Shown one piece after another: positions 7,908 through 16,760 of a DNA stretch of 32,000 nt. Numbering within the stretch: the first letter of the stretch is position 1; each line of letters starts with the position of its first letter. Source of the DNA: Xanthomonas campestris pv. campestris str. ATCC 33913 (GTDB taxonomy: Bacteria; Pseudomonadota; Gammaproteobacteria; Xanthomonadales; Xanthomonadaceae). Made by a program: the position numbers and the translations under genes. The notes beneath the pieces were generated by a model. That model did not search any database. It was not told where the DNA came from and saw only the letters and a program-made list of their open reading frames with translations. The stretch covers positions 4,316,497 to 4,348,496 of the forward strand of contig NC_003902.1 of the NCBI RefSeq assembly GCF_000007145.1, read 5' to 3'.

Positions 7908-9593
7908 CTCCCCGATTATGCATCTACTGAGTTATTGCTGGGCCTCAAGACCCGAAAGGATCTCGCGTCCTGGTTGGGTGTATCAGATAGAGCTCTACGA
8001 TATATGCTGTATCGGCTTGGTGATGGGGATAAGTACAGCACCTTCTCGATTCGAAAGCGGAATGGTGGTTTGCGAGAAATTCATGCGCCTAAAAAGGCGC
8101 TAAAATATCTCCAGAATAAAGTTGCACATGCCCTTGCGGGCGTTGTTCCTGTCCGTCAAATAGCGAAAGGCTATGTGCCTGGTCGAAGCATCTACGACCA
8201 TGCAAAAATGCATCGATCCAAGAAGTGGGTCGTTCTTGTTGATCTGAAAAGTTTTTTCCCTTCAATAAATTTTGGACGAGTTCTCGGACTTCTGCGTGCG
8301 CCTCCATTTTCTTTGGAAAATGAAGTGGCGGTCGCTGTTGCTCAGCTGTGTACAAGAGCGGGTGAGCTACCACAAGGGGCGCCTTCGTCACCGGTTATTT
8401 CCAATTTGATTTGCAGAAAACTTGATCGTCAGCTGCTTGAGCTGGCGAAGCAGGCGGGCTGTGGGGTCAGCAGGTATGCTGATGACATTTGCTTTTCCAC
8501 GAACCGTAAGCGTGTTTCAGTCGAAATTTGCGATTTCGTCAATGAGCATGGATGGGTTCCTGGCGCTGGTTTGAAGCAGCTTATTTGCTCCAATGGCTTT
8601 GAAATTAATTTTTCGAAATTTCGTGTTCACGAGGGGCGCGACAGGAAATTGGTTACTGGGCTCGTGGTTAATAAGGGTGTGTCGACGCCAAGCAGATGGA
8701 GGGATCAACTAAGATCTTCACTTCATGTTATTGATAAGTATGGCGAAGCTGCTGGAGTAGAAATAATTTCTGGCTGGACTTCTGGATTTTTTCGTAAAGA
8801 GCCTGGGGATGTGCTTCGCACTATTAGAGGGAAGCTTGGCTATCTTAAATGGATTGATAAAGTGGCTAATCATTTGGCTACTGATGCGTTGCGCAGAAAC
8901 TTTCCATCTCTTGCATCATTAATGCCGATTTCAAATGATGGTGTTTCATTTAGAATTATGGCAGAAGGTCCGACGGACCTTCTGCATTTGGAGGCTGCGC
9001 TCGATTATCTTCGGAAAAGTGGAGGTTTTCTAGATGTTCGCCCTAGGTTTCAAAATTTCCTCGGAGATGTGGGTGATTCAGAGTTGTGGGAAACTTTGTT
9101 GCGTATTGCGAAAGCTGATGTTAATGAATTGACTATAGGTGTTTTTGATTGCGATAGCCCGGCATTCATGAAGAAGACGTCGCTGGTCCCCGGCGGGAAC
9201 ATCCAATTGGGGCCGCGGGTCTACGCATTTTGTTTGGCGCCGCCTGGCACGAGCATTTCAAATAATTTTTGCATCGAGTCGCTATATTCGCGATCAGATG
9301 CAACTTTAGTTGATGGTTCCGGTAGGCGATTATTTTTTGGTGATGAATTCGATAGTGCCAGTGGTTTTTCGCATGACGGGTTGTATAAGTGCTTGCATCC
9401 TAAGAAGAAGGCGATCGTTGTGAGTGATCAGGTTGCCCGGGTTCACGATGGCGCTTCCGTTCTTTTATCTAAAGCCGGGTTTGCCAGTCAGGTGAAAGAC
9501 AAGGCTCCGCCATTCGATGTGGTGTCTTTTGATGGGTTTAGACCAACCTGGCTTGGGATTCGCGCGTTGGCGATCGCAGCCGTTAGAAAGTAA
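7899..9593 (+). CDS. Retron-type reverse transcriptase fused to a C-terminal Toprim-like domain (Ec67-like architecture)
   Basis: 564-aa ORF in AT-rich DNA. RT motifs: GLREIHAPKKALKYLQ, GYVPGRSIYDHAKMH (NAxxH-like), VLVDLKSFFPSI, LPQGAPSSPVISNL, SRYADDICFS (YADD codons 8475-8486) and RKLVTGLVVN (VTG codons 8652-8660, a retron hallmark). The C-terminal region has FRIMAEGPTD (Glu 8964-8966) and IGVFDCDS (DxD 9147-9155), matching the Toprim E...DxD pattern. By my recollection it is colinear with the Ec67 RT (TIITEGKTD ... VLDNDTG). Confidence 0.9.
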   Translation: MPPLPDYASTELLLGLKTRKDLASWLGVSDRALRYMLYRLGDGDKYSTFSIRKRNGGLREIHAPKKALKYLQNKVAHALAGVVPVRQIAKGYVPGRSIYDHAKMHRSKKWVVLVDLKSFFPSINFGRVLGLLRAPPFSLENEVAVAVAQLCTRAGELPQGAPSSPVISNLICRKLDRQLLELAKQAGCGVSRYADDICFSTNRKRVSVEICDFVNEHGWVPGAGLKQLICSNGFEINFSKFRVHEGRDRKLVTGLVVNKGVSTPSRWRDQLRSSLHVIDKYGEAAGVEIISGWTSGFFRKEPGDVLRTIRGKLGYLKWIDKVANHLATDALRRNFPSLASLMPISNDGVSFRIMAEGPTDLLHLEAALDYLRKSGGFLDVRPRFQNFLGDVGDSELWETLLRIAKADVNELTIGVFDCDSPAFMKKTSLVPGGNIQLGPRVYAFCLAPPGTSISNNFCIESLYSRSDATLVDGSGRRLFFGDEFDSASGFSHDGLYKCLHPKKKAIVVSDQVARVHDGASVLLSKAGFASQVKDKAPPFDVVSFDGFRPTWLGIRALAIAAVRK

Positions 9594-9748
9594 AGGCGCC
9601 ACTAACTGGGTTGGAGTAGCGGAATCAGGTTAACTTATCAGGCGATGGCGCTCGGCTTGCGTGGCCGGTGAGCGGGCCTGCCCCCCGAGCAAAGCAGCGG
9701 GTCTTGGCTTCGATCATCGCGCGGAAGGCAGCGTGGCCCAGAGTAAAT

Positions 9749-11256
9749 AGTCGCCCCTGAAAAACCCCCAATCACCCAACGCCCGCAAGGCCTTGATGTC
9801 TGCAGTGGCGTGCCAGAACTACCAGTTTTCGCTACGCTGAAGGCTGGTTTCTGGCAATTTCCACTCATGCATACACGCCGTCCTGCTGCCGAGCACATGC
9901 CTGCCGAGGAGTTGTTTCGTTCGCGCCTGGAGAACCAGATCGATCTGCGGCATCCGCTGGCGCAGCTGAGCCAACGGATGCCGTGGACGGCGTTGGAGCA
10001 AGCACTTTCATCGCGCTTGCCGGCCACCCAGGCTGGTGGCGGTCGGCCGGCATTGCCGGTGCGGCTGATCGCCGGTTTGCTCTACCTCAAACACGCCTAC
10101 GACCTGTCCGATGAGGCGGTGTGCGAGCGTTGGCTGGAAAATCCGTATTGGCAGTTTTTCACTGGCGAGGTCGTGTTCCAGACGCGCTTGCCGTGCGATG
10201 CCAGCTCGCTGACGCGCTGGCGTCAGCGGCTTGACGAAGCGGGGATGGAAGAGTTGCTGGCACACACCATCAACGCTGCACATGCCATGCAGGCGGTGGA
10301 CGCACGCGAGTTGTCGCGGGTGATCGTGGACACCACGGTGCAGGAAAAGGCGATTGCCTATCCGACCGATAGTCGGTTGCTGGAGGTGGCACGCAAGAAA
10401 CTGGTGCTGCTGGCCAAGCGTTACGGCATCGGGTTGCGGCAGAGCTACGCACGGCAAGGTCCGGCCCTGAGCCGCAAGGCGGGCCGCTATGCGCATGCAC
10501 GCCAGTTCAAGCGCATGCAGCGCGTGCTGCGACGTCAACGCACGGTCTTGGGGCGGGTGTTGCGCGATATCGCGCGCAAGCTGGACCAGGTGGAACCCGG
10601 CGTGCGCGAGCGCATCGCGGTCTGGCTGGAACGTGCGCAACGGCTGTACACGCAGCGTCCGAAGGACAAACAAAAACTGTACGCATTGCATGCCCCGGAA
10701 GTGGAATGCATCGGTAAGGGCAAGGCGCGTCAAGCGTACGAATTCGGCGTCAAGGTCGGCATTGCGGTCACCGCCTGCAAGGGATTGGTCGTGGGTGCGC
10801 GTAGCTTCCCGGGCAACCCGTACGACGGCGACACCTTGGCCGAGCAGCTGGAGCAGACACGCGGGTTGCTGCAGGATCTGAGCGTAGAACCGACGGTGGC
10901 GATCGTGGACCTGGGCTATCGCGGGCGCGAGGTCGATGGCGTGCAGGTGCTCCATCGTGGCAAGGCCAAGACGCTGACGCGACGGCAATGGCGCTGGATC
11001 AAACGACGGCAGGCGGTGGAACCGGTGATCGGACATCTGAAAGACGACTGCAGGTTGCGTCGCTGCAGGCTGAAAGGTGCACAAGGCGATGCGCTGCACG
11101 TACTCGGCTGCGCCGCCGGCTACAACCTGCGCTGGCTGCTGCGCTGGATCGCGTTTTTGCGTGCCTGGATGCGGGCGATGGGATGGCCATCCTTTAGCGC
11201 CGTGCCGCTGTCGCCGATGACACTTGGTGCTTGAAGGGGGTTTTTCAGGGGCGACT
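9749..11256 (+). mobile_element. IS5-family insertion sequence (1508 bp)
   Basis: Perfect 21-bp terminal inverted repeats: agtcgcccctgaaaaaccccc (9749-9769) and gggggtttttcaggggcgact (11236-11256). They enclose a single DDE transposase ORF. The flanks (aaat / ggtt) show no direct duplication. Confidence 0.85.
9810..11234 (+). CDS. IS5-family DDE transposase (InsH-like N-terminal domain plus DDE_Tnp_1)
   Basis: 474-aa maximal ORF with a GTG start at 9810; ATG 9867 or 9897 are more likely true starts. Motifs include RMPWTALEQAL...GGRPALPVRLIAGLLYLKHAYDLSDEAV...WLENPYWQFFTG, VIVDTTVQEKAIAYPTDSRLL, YEFGVKVGIAV and DLGYRG. Confidence 0.9.
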   Translation: MPELPVFATLKAGFWQFPLMHTRRPAAEHMPAEELFRSRLENQIDLRHPLAQLSQRMPWTALEQALSSRLPATQAGGGRPALPVRLIAGLLYLKHAYDLSDEAVCERWLENPYWQFFTGEVVFQTRLPCDASSLTRWRQRLDEAGMEELLAHTINAAHAMQAVDARELSRVIVDTTVQEKAIAYPTDSRLLEVARKKLVLLAKRYGIGLRQSYARQGPALSRKAGRYAHARQFKRMQRVLRRQRTVLGRVLRDIARKLDQVEPGVRERIAVWLERAQRLYTQRPKDKQKLYALHAPEVECIGKGKARQAYEFGVKVGIAVTACKGLVVGARSFPGNPYDGDTLAEQLEQTRGLLQDLSVEPTVAIVDLGYRGREVDGVQVLHRGKAKTLTRRQWRWIKRRQAVEPVIGHLKDDCRLRRCRLKGAQGDALHVLGCAAGYNLRWLLRWIAFLRAWMRAMGWPSFSAVPLSPMTLGA

Positions 11257-11393
11257 GGTTAGCAAAACGTCGCGGGCGCACGTCAGGCGTACGTGGACGG
11301 CGCGCTCAGAACCGCAGTGCACGAGTGATATGTGCCGCGACGGGTAACAATCGTACCCGCCTGGCCACTGCATAGCCGTTTTGATGGCGGCTC

Positions 11394-12194
11394 TTAAAAC
11401 GCCGGCAGCACCGCGCCCTTGTACTTCTGCTCGATGAAAGCCTTCACTTCCGGGCTGGTCAGTGCCTTGGCGAGCTTCTGCACGCGCGGATCGTCCTTGT
11501 TGTCGGCGCGTGCGACCAGGAAGTTCACGTACGGCGAGTCCTTGCTTTCGATCGCCAGAGCATCGCGGGTGGGATTGAGCCCGGCGTCGAGCGCGTAATT
11601 GGTGTTGATCAGGGCCAGATCCACCTGGTCCAGCACGCGCGGCAGCATCGCCGAATCGAGCTCGCGGAATTTCAGCTGCTTGGGGTTGTCCACGATGTCG
11701 CGCTGCGACGACAACGCGTTGCTGGGATCCTTGAGTTTGATCACGCCGGCCTTGTCGAGCAGGATCAGCGCGCGGCTGTTGTTGCTCGGGTCGTTGGGAA
11801 TGACCACGTCCGCGCCGCTGGGCAGGTCGGCCAGCGACTTGAAGCGCCGCGAGTACGCGCCGAACGGTTCGATATGCACGCCCACCACGGTCACCAGCTG
11901 GCTCTTGCGGTCGCGGTTGTAGGCGTCCAGGTAGGGCTCGGTCTGGAAGTAGTTGACGTCGATCTGCTTCTGCACGACCTGGTCATTGGGCTGCACATAG
12001 TCGTTGAACACGCGCACGTCCAGCTTCACGCCGTCCTTGGCCAGCAGCGGTTCGACCACTTCCAGGATTTCGGCATGCGGGACCGCGGTGGCGGCCACGG
12101 TGAGGGTGTCACCGCCACTGCTGCCACCGCCGCCGCAGGACGCCAGCGCCAGCGTGGCGGCAGCCAGAAGGGAACGAAACGCAAATGTGCTCAT
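11394..12194 (-). CDS. metQ: D-methionine ABC transporter substrate-binding lipoprotein (MetQ/NlpA family)
   Basis: 266 aa with lipoprotein signal LALASCGGGG. NlpA-family motifs are FNDYVQPN, NYFQTEPYL, IPNDPSNNSRALILL and YVNFLVAR. It is adjacent to metI and metN. Confidence 0.9.
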   Translation of the reverse strand: MSTFAFRSLLAAATLALASCGGGGSSGGDTLTVAATAVPHAEILEVVEPLLAKDGVKLDVRVFNDYVQPNDQVVQKQIDVNYFQTEPYLDAYNRDRKSQLVTVVGVHIEPFGAYSRRFKSLADLPSGADVVIPNDPSNNSRALILLDKAGVIKLKDPSNALSSQRDIVDNPKQLKFRELDSAMLPRVLDQVDLALINTNYALDAGLNPTRDALAIESKDSPYVNFLVARADNKDDPRVQKLAKALTSPEVKAFIEQKYKGAVLPAF

Positions 12195-12395
12195 GTAGGG
12201 ATCCGTGGGAGGAGGAGGACCGCGGCGCCGCCGCAGACGACAAACCTAGCAGACCGCCCGCGCCGGGGCGATGCAGGCGCGGGCCTGCCGGACTGCGGCA
12301 GCGCACGCGCCCACTGGCTGCGGTGGCGCACGCTGCCCCGTGCGGGCCAGCGATGGCCCCGAGGGCATCGGCCACCGCCCCGCAGGCCATGTACT

Positions 12396-13094
12396 TCAAC
12401 GGCGGCTGTAACGCGCCACCAGGCGGTCGCCGAGCATCTGCAGCAACTGCACCAGCACCAGCAGCGCGATGACGGTGATCAGCGCGACATCCGAATGCGA
12501 GCGCAGATAGCCTTCGCGGTAGGCCACATCACCCAGGCCGCCGGAGCCGATTGCGCCGCCCATGGCGGTGAAGCCGATCAGCGCGATGGTGGTGACGGTG
12601 GCGCCAGCGATCAGGCCGGGCCGCGCTTCGGGCAGCAGCACGCGCCAGACCAGTTGGCGGGTGGTCGCGCCCATTGCCTGGCTGGCCTCGATGATGCCGC
12701 GGTCCACTTCGCGCAGGGCGGTTTCCACCAGCCGCGCATAGAACGGCGCGGCGCCCACCACCAACGGCAGGATCGCGCCGCGCACGCCCAGCGAGGTGCC
12801 CATCAGCATCAGCGTGAGCGGGATCATCGCGATCATCAGGATGATGAAGGGCACCGAGCGCAGCAGGTTGATCACCGCGGCCAGCGCGCCGTACAGCACC
12901 GGCCGGCGGCGCAGTTGCGGCGCCCCGCACAGGAACAGCGCCACGCCCAGCGGCAGCCCGATCAGCAAGGTCAACGGCAGCGCGCCGGCCAGCATCAGCA
13001 AGGTGTCCAGCGTGGCCTGGCCGATGTCACCCCACTTGGCGGCATCGAGATTCCGGAAGAAGCCGGGCGCGGCGGCGATCGGCAGCAGGTTCAT
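12396..13094 (-). CDS. metI: D-methionine ABC transporter permease
   Basis: The track ORF 12396..13610 carries a spurious N-terminal extension. The true ATG at 13094 overlaps the metN stop (ATGA) and gives [16 protein letters not shown], a 232-aa polytopic permease with an EAA-like loop ([26 protein letters not shown]). Confidence 0.9.
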   Translation of the reverse strand: MNLLPIAAAPGFFRNLDAAKWGDIGQATLDTLLMLAGALPLTLLIGLPLGVALFLCGAPQLRRRPVLYGALAAVINLLRSVPFIILMIAMIPLTLMLMGTSLGVRGAILPLVVGAAPFYARLVETALREVDRGIIEASQAMGATTRQLVWRVLLPEARPGLIAGATVTTIALIGFTAMGGAIGSGGLGDVAYREGYLRSHSDVALITVIALLVLVQLLQMLGDRLVARYSRR

Positions 13095-14098
13095 ACGCGC
13101 AGGTCCTCGACATGCACACCGGCGGCCACGAACCCGGCACGTGCCGCGTTCTGGTCGCCACCGGTCAGGGCAACGGTGAGCTGCCCGTAGGGCGTGTCCT
13201 TGATGCGGTCCACGCGCCCGGACAGGATGTTGTAGTCCACACCGGTTTCGCGGGCGATGCGGCCCAGGACCGGCTCGTAGGTGCCGTTGCCCAGGAAGGT
13301 CAGCCGCACGATGCGCCCGCCCACCGCTTCGAAATCGCGGTGCAGCTCGGCTTCGTCCACATGCTCGGCTTCGGACACGAAGCGCCGGGTGGTGGGGTGC
13401 TGCGGATGCAGGAACACCTCCGTCACCGGGCCGGTTTCGACCAGCTTGCCGGCGTCCAGCACCGCAACGCGGTCGCAGACGCGGCGGATCACCTCCATCT
13501 CGTGAGTGATCAGCACGATGGTCAGGCCCAGCTCGCGGTTGATCTGCGCCAGCAGCTGCAGCACCGAGGCCGTGGTCTGCGGGTCCAGCGCGCTGGTGGC
13601 TTCGTCGCACAACAGGATCTGCGGGCGGGTGGCCAGCGCCCGCGCAATACCCACGCGCTGCTTCTGCCCACCGGACAGCTGCGCCGGGTACTTGGTGGCG
13701 TGCTGCTCCAGGCCCACCCGCGCCAGCAGTTCGGCCACGCGCGCATCGATCTCTGCGCGCGGCGTGCCGGCCAGCTCCAGCGGGAACGCCACGTTGCCGG
13801 CTACCGTGCGCGAAGACAGCAGGTTGAAGTGCTGGAAGATCATCCCGACCCGGCGCCGCAGCGCGCGCAAGCCGGTGCTGTTCAGCGCGGTGACGTCTTC
13901 GTCGCCAATCAACAGGCGCCCGCCGGTGGGCTCTTCCAGCCGGTTGATCAGCCGGATCAGCGTGGACTTGCCGGCGCCGGAATGGCCGATGATGCCGAAC
14001 ACCTCACCGGGGCCGATCCGCAGGTCGAGCGGATGCAGCGCCACGATCTGGCGACCGTCGACGGTGTAGGACTTGTGCAGGCGCTGGAACTGGATCAC
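13091..14098 (-). CDS. metN: D-methionine ABC transporter ATP-binding protein
   Basis: 335 aa with a GTG start. It has Walker [10 protein letters not shown], signature [15 protein letters not shown], Walker [12 protein letters not shown] and a C-terminal NIL-type domain, and is colinear with E. coli MetN. Confidence 0.92.
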   Translation of the reverse strand: MIQFQRLHKSYTVDGRQIVALHPLDLRIGPGEVFGIIGHSGAGKSTLIRLINRLEEPTGGRLLIGDEDVTALNSTGLRALRRRVGMIFQHFNLLSSRTVAGNVAFPLELAGTPRAEIDARVAELLARVGLEQHATKYPAQLSGGQKQRVGIARALATRPQILLCDEATSALDPQTTASVLQLLAQINRELGLTIVLITHEMEVIRRVCDRVAVLDAGKLVETGPVTEVFLHPQHPTTRRFVSEAEHVDEAELHRDFEAVGGRIVRLTFLGNGTYEPVLGRIARETGVDYNILSGRVDRIKDTPYGQLTVALTGGDQNAARAGFVAAGVHVEDLRV

Positions 14099-14150
14099 CG
14101 CGCGGGACCGATTGGGGGGTCGTGAAGCCTACCAGTCAATGTTCACAACC

Positions 14151-14255
14151 GGGAGTCGGGATTGGGGATTGGGGAATCGCAAGGACAACGGCAGTCCTGC
14201 TGTTGCCAGTCCCGAATGCCGAATCCCGAATGCCGAATCCCGAATCCCCAATCAC
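14151..14255. repeat. Heptanucleotide tandem repeat array with an inverted partner
   Basis: Six heptamers at 14211-14252 (cccgaat gccgaat cccgaat gccgaat cccgaat ccccaat). The complementary motif attgggg appears twice at 14161-14174. The array lies between the EamA stop and the metN start. Confidence 0.85.
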
Positions 14256-15160
14256 GGCCTATCCAACGGCGGCGGCCTGTCGGCCTGCCGGATCCGCTCC
14301 CGGCGCAACAAATACAGGCCGCTGGCGACGATGATGCCGGCGCCGGTCCAGGTCCACGCGTCGGGCAGGGTCTGCCACAGCAGCCAGTCCCAGCCGATCA
14401 CCCAGACCAGCCCGGTGTATTCGAGCGGGGCGATCATCGAGGCCTCGCCCCGCATGAAGGCCTGGGTCAGCGCCACCTGCCCCAACGCCCCGGCCAGGCC
14501 CATGCCGGCGATCAGCCAGGCGTGCTCGGCGCGCAACGGCACCCAATCCGGGACGGCCAGCAGGCCGGCGCCGATCGCCATGAACAGCAGGAACCACACC
14601 ACCATCGCCTGCGGGGTGTCGGTACGGGTCAACAAGCTCACGGTGATCGCGGCGATGGCATAGGCGGTGGCCGCCAGCAGCACCATCAGGCCGGGCAAGG
14701 AGATCAGCCCGTTCACGCCCGGCCGCAGCACCACGATCACGCCGACCAGGCCGATGGCAATGGCCGTCCAGCGCCGCGGCCCGACGTGTTCGCCCAGCAG
14801 CGGCACCGATAGCGCGGCCACCAGCAACGGCGCGACGAAATACAGCGTGTAGGCGGTGGACAGCGGCATGCGCTTCAGCCCGTAGACGAAGCAGCCGATC
14901 ATCACCATGCCCAGCACCCCGCGCAGCAGATGCAGGCCCCAGCGCACCGGGATGATGGCGCGTGGCCCGGCGGTGGCGAACACCCACACCAGCACGAACG
15001 GCAACGACGCCGCGCCACGCAACAAGGTCACCTGCAAGGGCGGGTAGCTGGCCGACAACAGCTTCATGCCGGCATCCATCAGCGAAAAGCACGCCACTGC
15101 CGCCACCATCCAGGCGATGGCAGGCAACGGGGAGCGGGGAGCGGGCGCGGTCAAAGACAT
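14252..15160 (-). CDS. DMT-superfamily (EamA-like) transporter
   Basis: 302 aa with about 10 predicted TM segments and two EamA-type halves. It is very hydrophobic with high GC3. Confidence 0.85.
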   Translation of the reverse strand: MSLTAPAPRSPLPAIAWMVAAVACFSLMDAGMKLLSASYPPLQVTLLRGAASLPFVLVWVFATAGPRAIIPVRWGLHLLRGVLGMVMIGCFVYGLKRMPLSTAYTLYFVAPLLVAALSVPLLGEHVGPRRWTAIAIGLVGVIVVLRPGVNGLISLPGLMVLLAATAYAIAAITVSLLTRTDTPQAMVVWFLLFMAIGAGLLAVPDWVPLRAEHAWLIAGMGLAGALGQVALTQAFMRGEASMIAPLEYTGLVWVIGWDWLLWQTLPDAWTWTGAGIIVASGLYLLRRERIRQADRPPPLDRP

Positions 15161-15417
15161 GCGGCATTATCGCCGGGGCAGACGGTGGTTCGCGACCGCT
15201 GCGGTGCATGCAGCGCCTGCGCTGCCCGGCGTCGCGCAGGGTCTGGGCGCGCGTAATCGCGTGCAGGTGCGCGGGCTGCATCGTCGATGTACGTGCTTGG
15301 CATTCGCGCGCACGCCCATCCCTGCCAGCCGCAACCGGTGCACGCGCCACCGCTGCCCCTGTCATCGCATGCGGGTGGGTCTTAAACTGGCTGCCGATCT
15401 TTTGAAGAGGAATTGCC

Positions 15418-15903
15418 ATGCCGTCCTTCGACGTGATTTCCGAAGTCGACAAGCACGAACTGACCAATGCGGTGGATCAGGCCAACCGCGAGCTGGACAC
15501 CCGCTTCGACTTCAAGGGCGTGGAAGCCAAGTTCGAACTGGAAGACGGCAAGGTGATCAACCAGTCCGCGCCCAGCGATTTCCAGGTCAAGCAGATGACC
15601 GACATCCTGCGCGCGCGCCTGCTGGCCCGTGGCATCGATGTGCGCTGCCTGGAGTTTGGCGATGTGGAGACCAACCTGGCCGGTGCGCGGCAGAAGGTCA
15701 CCGTCAAGCAGGGCATCGAGCAGAAGCAGGCCAAGCAGCTGGTGGCCAAGTTGAAGGAAGCCAAGCTCAAGGTCGAAGCGCAGATCAACGGCGACAAGCT
15801 GCGCGTCACCGGCAAGAAGCGCGACGACCTGCAGGACGCGATCGCAGTATTGAAGAAGGCCGACTTCGAGCTGCCGCTGCAGTTCGACAATTTCCGCGAT
15901 TGA
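15418..15903 (+). CDS. yajQ: YajQ-family nucleotide / cyclic-di-GMP-binding protein
   Basis: 161 aa. MPSFDVISEVDKHELTNAVDQANRELDTRFDFKG...LPLQFDNFRD is full-length colinear with YajQ/UPF0234. Confidence 0.9.
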   Translation: MPSFDVISEVDKHELTNAVDQANRELDTRFDFKGVEAKFELEDGKVINQSAPSDFQVKQMTDILRARLLARGIDVRCLEFGDVETNLAGARQKVTVKQGIEQKQAKQLVAKLKEAKLKVEAQINGDKLRVTGKKRDDLQDAIAVLKKADFELPLQFDNFRD

Positions 15904-16072
15904 TGCGGCGTTGAGTGCCTGACTGACGCATCGATGGTGAGTGGGCGGCTGGCGCGCCATGGCCGTCGCCCGCTCCGCTGGCAACAGCAGAGCGAACCGT
16001 CATCCGCGCCCGCAGCGCGTGCCCAAAGCCCGATCGCATACACTGGCGCGCCATCACGCTGCTGCCGCCACG

Positions 16073-16633
16073 ATGACCTCCACACTCGACCCCACCGATC
16101 CCCTGATCGCCACCCGCCAGTGGATCGAGCGCGCGGTGATCGGCCTGAACCTGTGCCCGTTCGCCAAGGCGGTCTACGTCAAGGAACAGGTGCGGCTGGT
16201 GCTCAGCGATGCGAGCACGCCCGAGGCGCTGCTGGAACAGCTGGCCGAGGAACTGGTGCTGCTGCGCGACACGCCGGCCGAGCAGATCGACACCACGCTG
16301 ATCGTGCACCCGGACGTGCTCACCGATTTCCTGGACTACAACGACTTCCTCGACAATGCCGACGCGGCGGTGGAGGCGCTGGATCTGCAGGGCGTGCTGC
16401 AGGTGGCCAGTTTTCATCCGGACTATCAGTTTGCCGGCGCCGCAGCCGATGACGTGGCCAACTTCACCAACCGCTCGCCCTTCCCCACCCTGCACCTGTT
16501 GCGCGAAGACAGCGTGGAACGCGCGGTGGCCGCCTTCCCGGACCCGGATGTGATCGTGGAGCGCAATATCGAAACGCTCGAACGCCTCGGCCGCGATGGC
16601 TGGGAGCGGGTGTTGCACGGCGCCGCGCATTGA
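16073..16633 (+). CDS. DUF1415-family protein
   Basis: ORF 15941..16633. The likely start ATG 16073 gives MTSTLDPTDPLIATRQWIERAVIGLNLCPFAK...FHPDYQF...NRSPFPTLHLLRE, which I recognise as the DUF1415 pattern. Confidence 0.72.
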   Translation: MTSTLDPTDPLIATRQWIERAVIGLNLCPFAKAVYVKEQVRLVLSDASTPEALLEQLAEELVLLRDTPAEQIDTTLIVHPDVLTDFLDYNDFLDNADAAVEALDLQGVLQVASFHPDYQFAGAAADDVANFTNRSPFPTLHLLREDSVERAVAAFPDPDVIVERNIETLERLGRDGWERVLHGAAH

Positions 16634-16760
16634 GGCACCGCGCATTACCACGTCGCCTGCATGCGGGCGGCGTGGGCCTCACGTCCGCGTGCTGACACGC
16701 GCCGATCACGCCTGGTCACAGCTGCGCGCCCGCAAGGGCCAGATCGCCACGCGCCGCAGC

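Noticed and set aside
9638-10027. 129-aa minus-strand ORF crossing the left end of the IS
   Set aside because: It spans the IS inverted repeat and the junction, so it cannot be an intact native gene. Only the non-IS part (9637-9748) is noted, as a possible gene remnant.
10008-11099. 363-aa minus-strand ORF inside the IS element
   Set aside because: It is antisense to the DDE transposase, with no motifs and a His/Arg/Gln-rich product.
11874-14125. Plus-strand ORFs 11874..13190 and 13112..14125, and the 13095..13610 extension of the metI ORF
   Set aside because: They are antisense or out of frame relative to metQ, metI and metN, which are identified by clear transporter motifs. The true metI start is fixed by the ATGA overlap with metN.
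14099-14250. Possible SAM riboswitch or leader upstream of metN
   Set aside because: I could not find the conserved S-box/SAM-riboswitch core sequences on the minus strand. The region is dominated by the heptamer repeat. A covariance-model scan (Rfam SAM families) would settle this.
14211-14252. Possible CRISPR-like array
   Set aside because: The repeat unit is only 7 nt, with no spacers, so this is a microsatellite rather than a CRISPR array.
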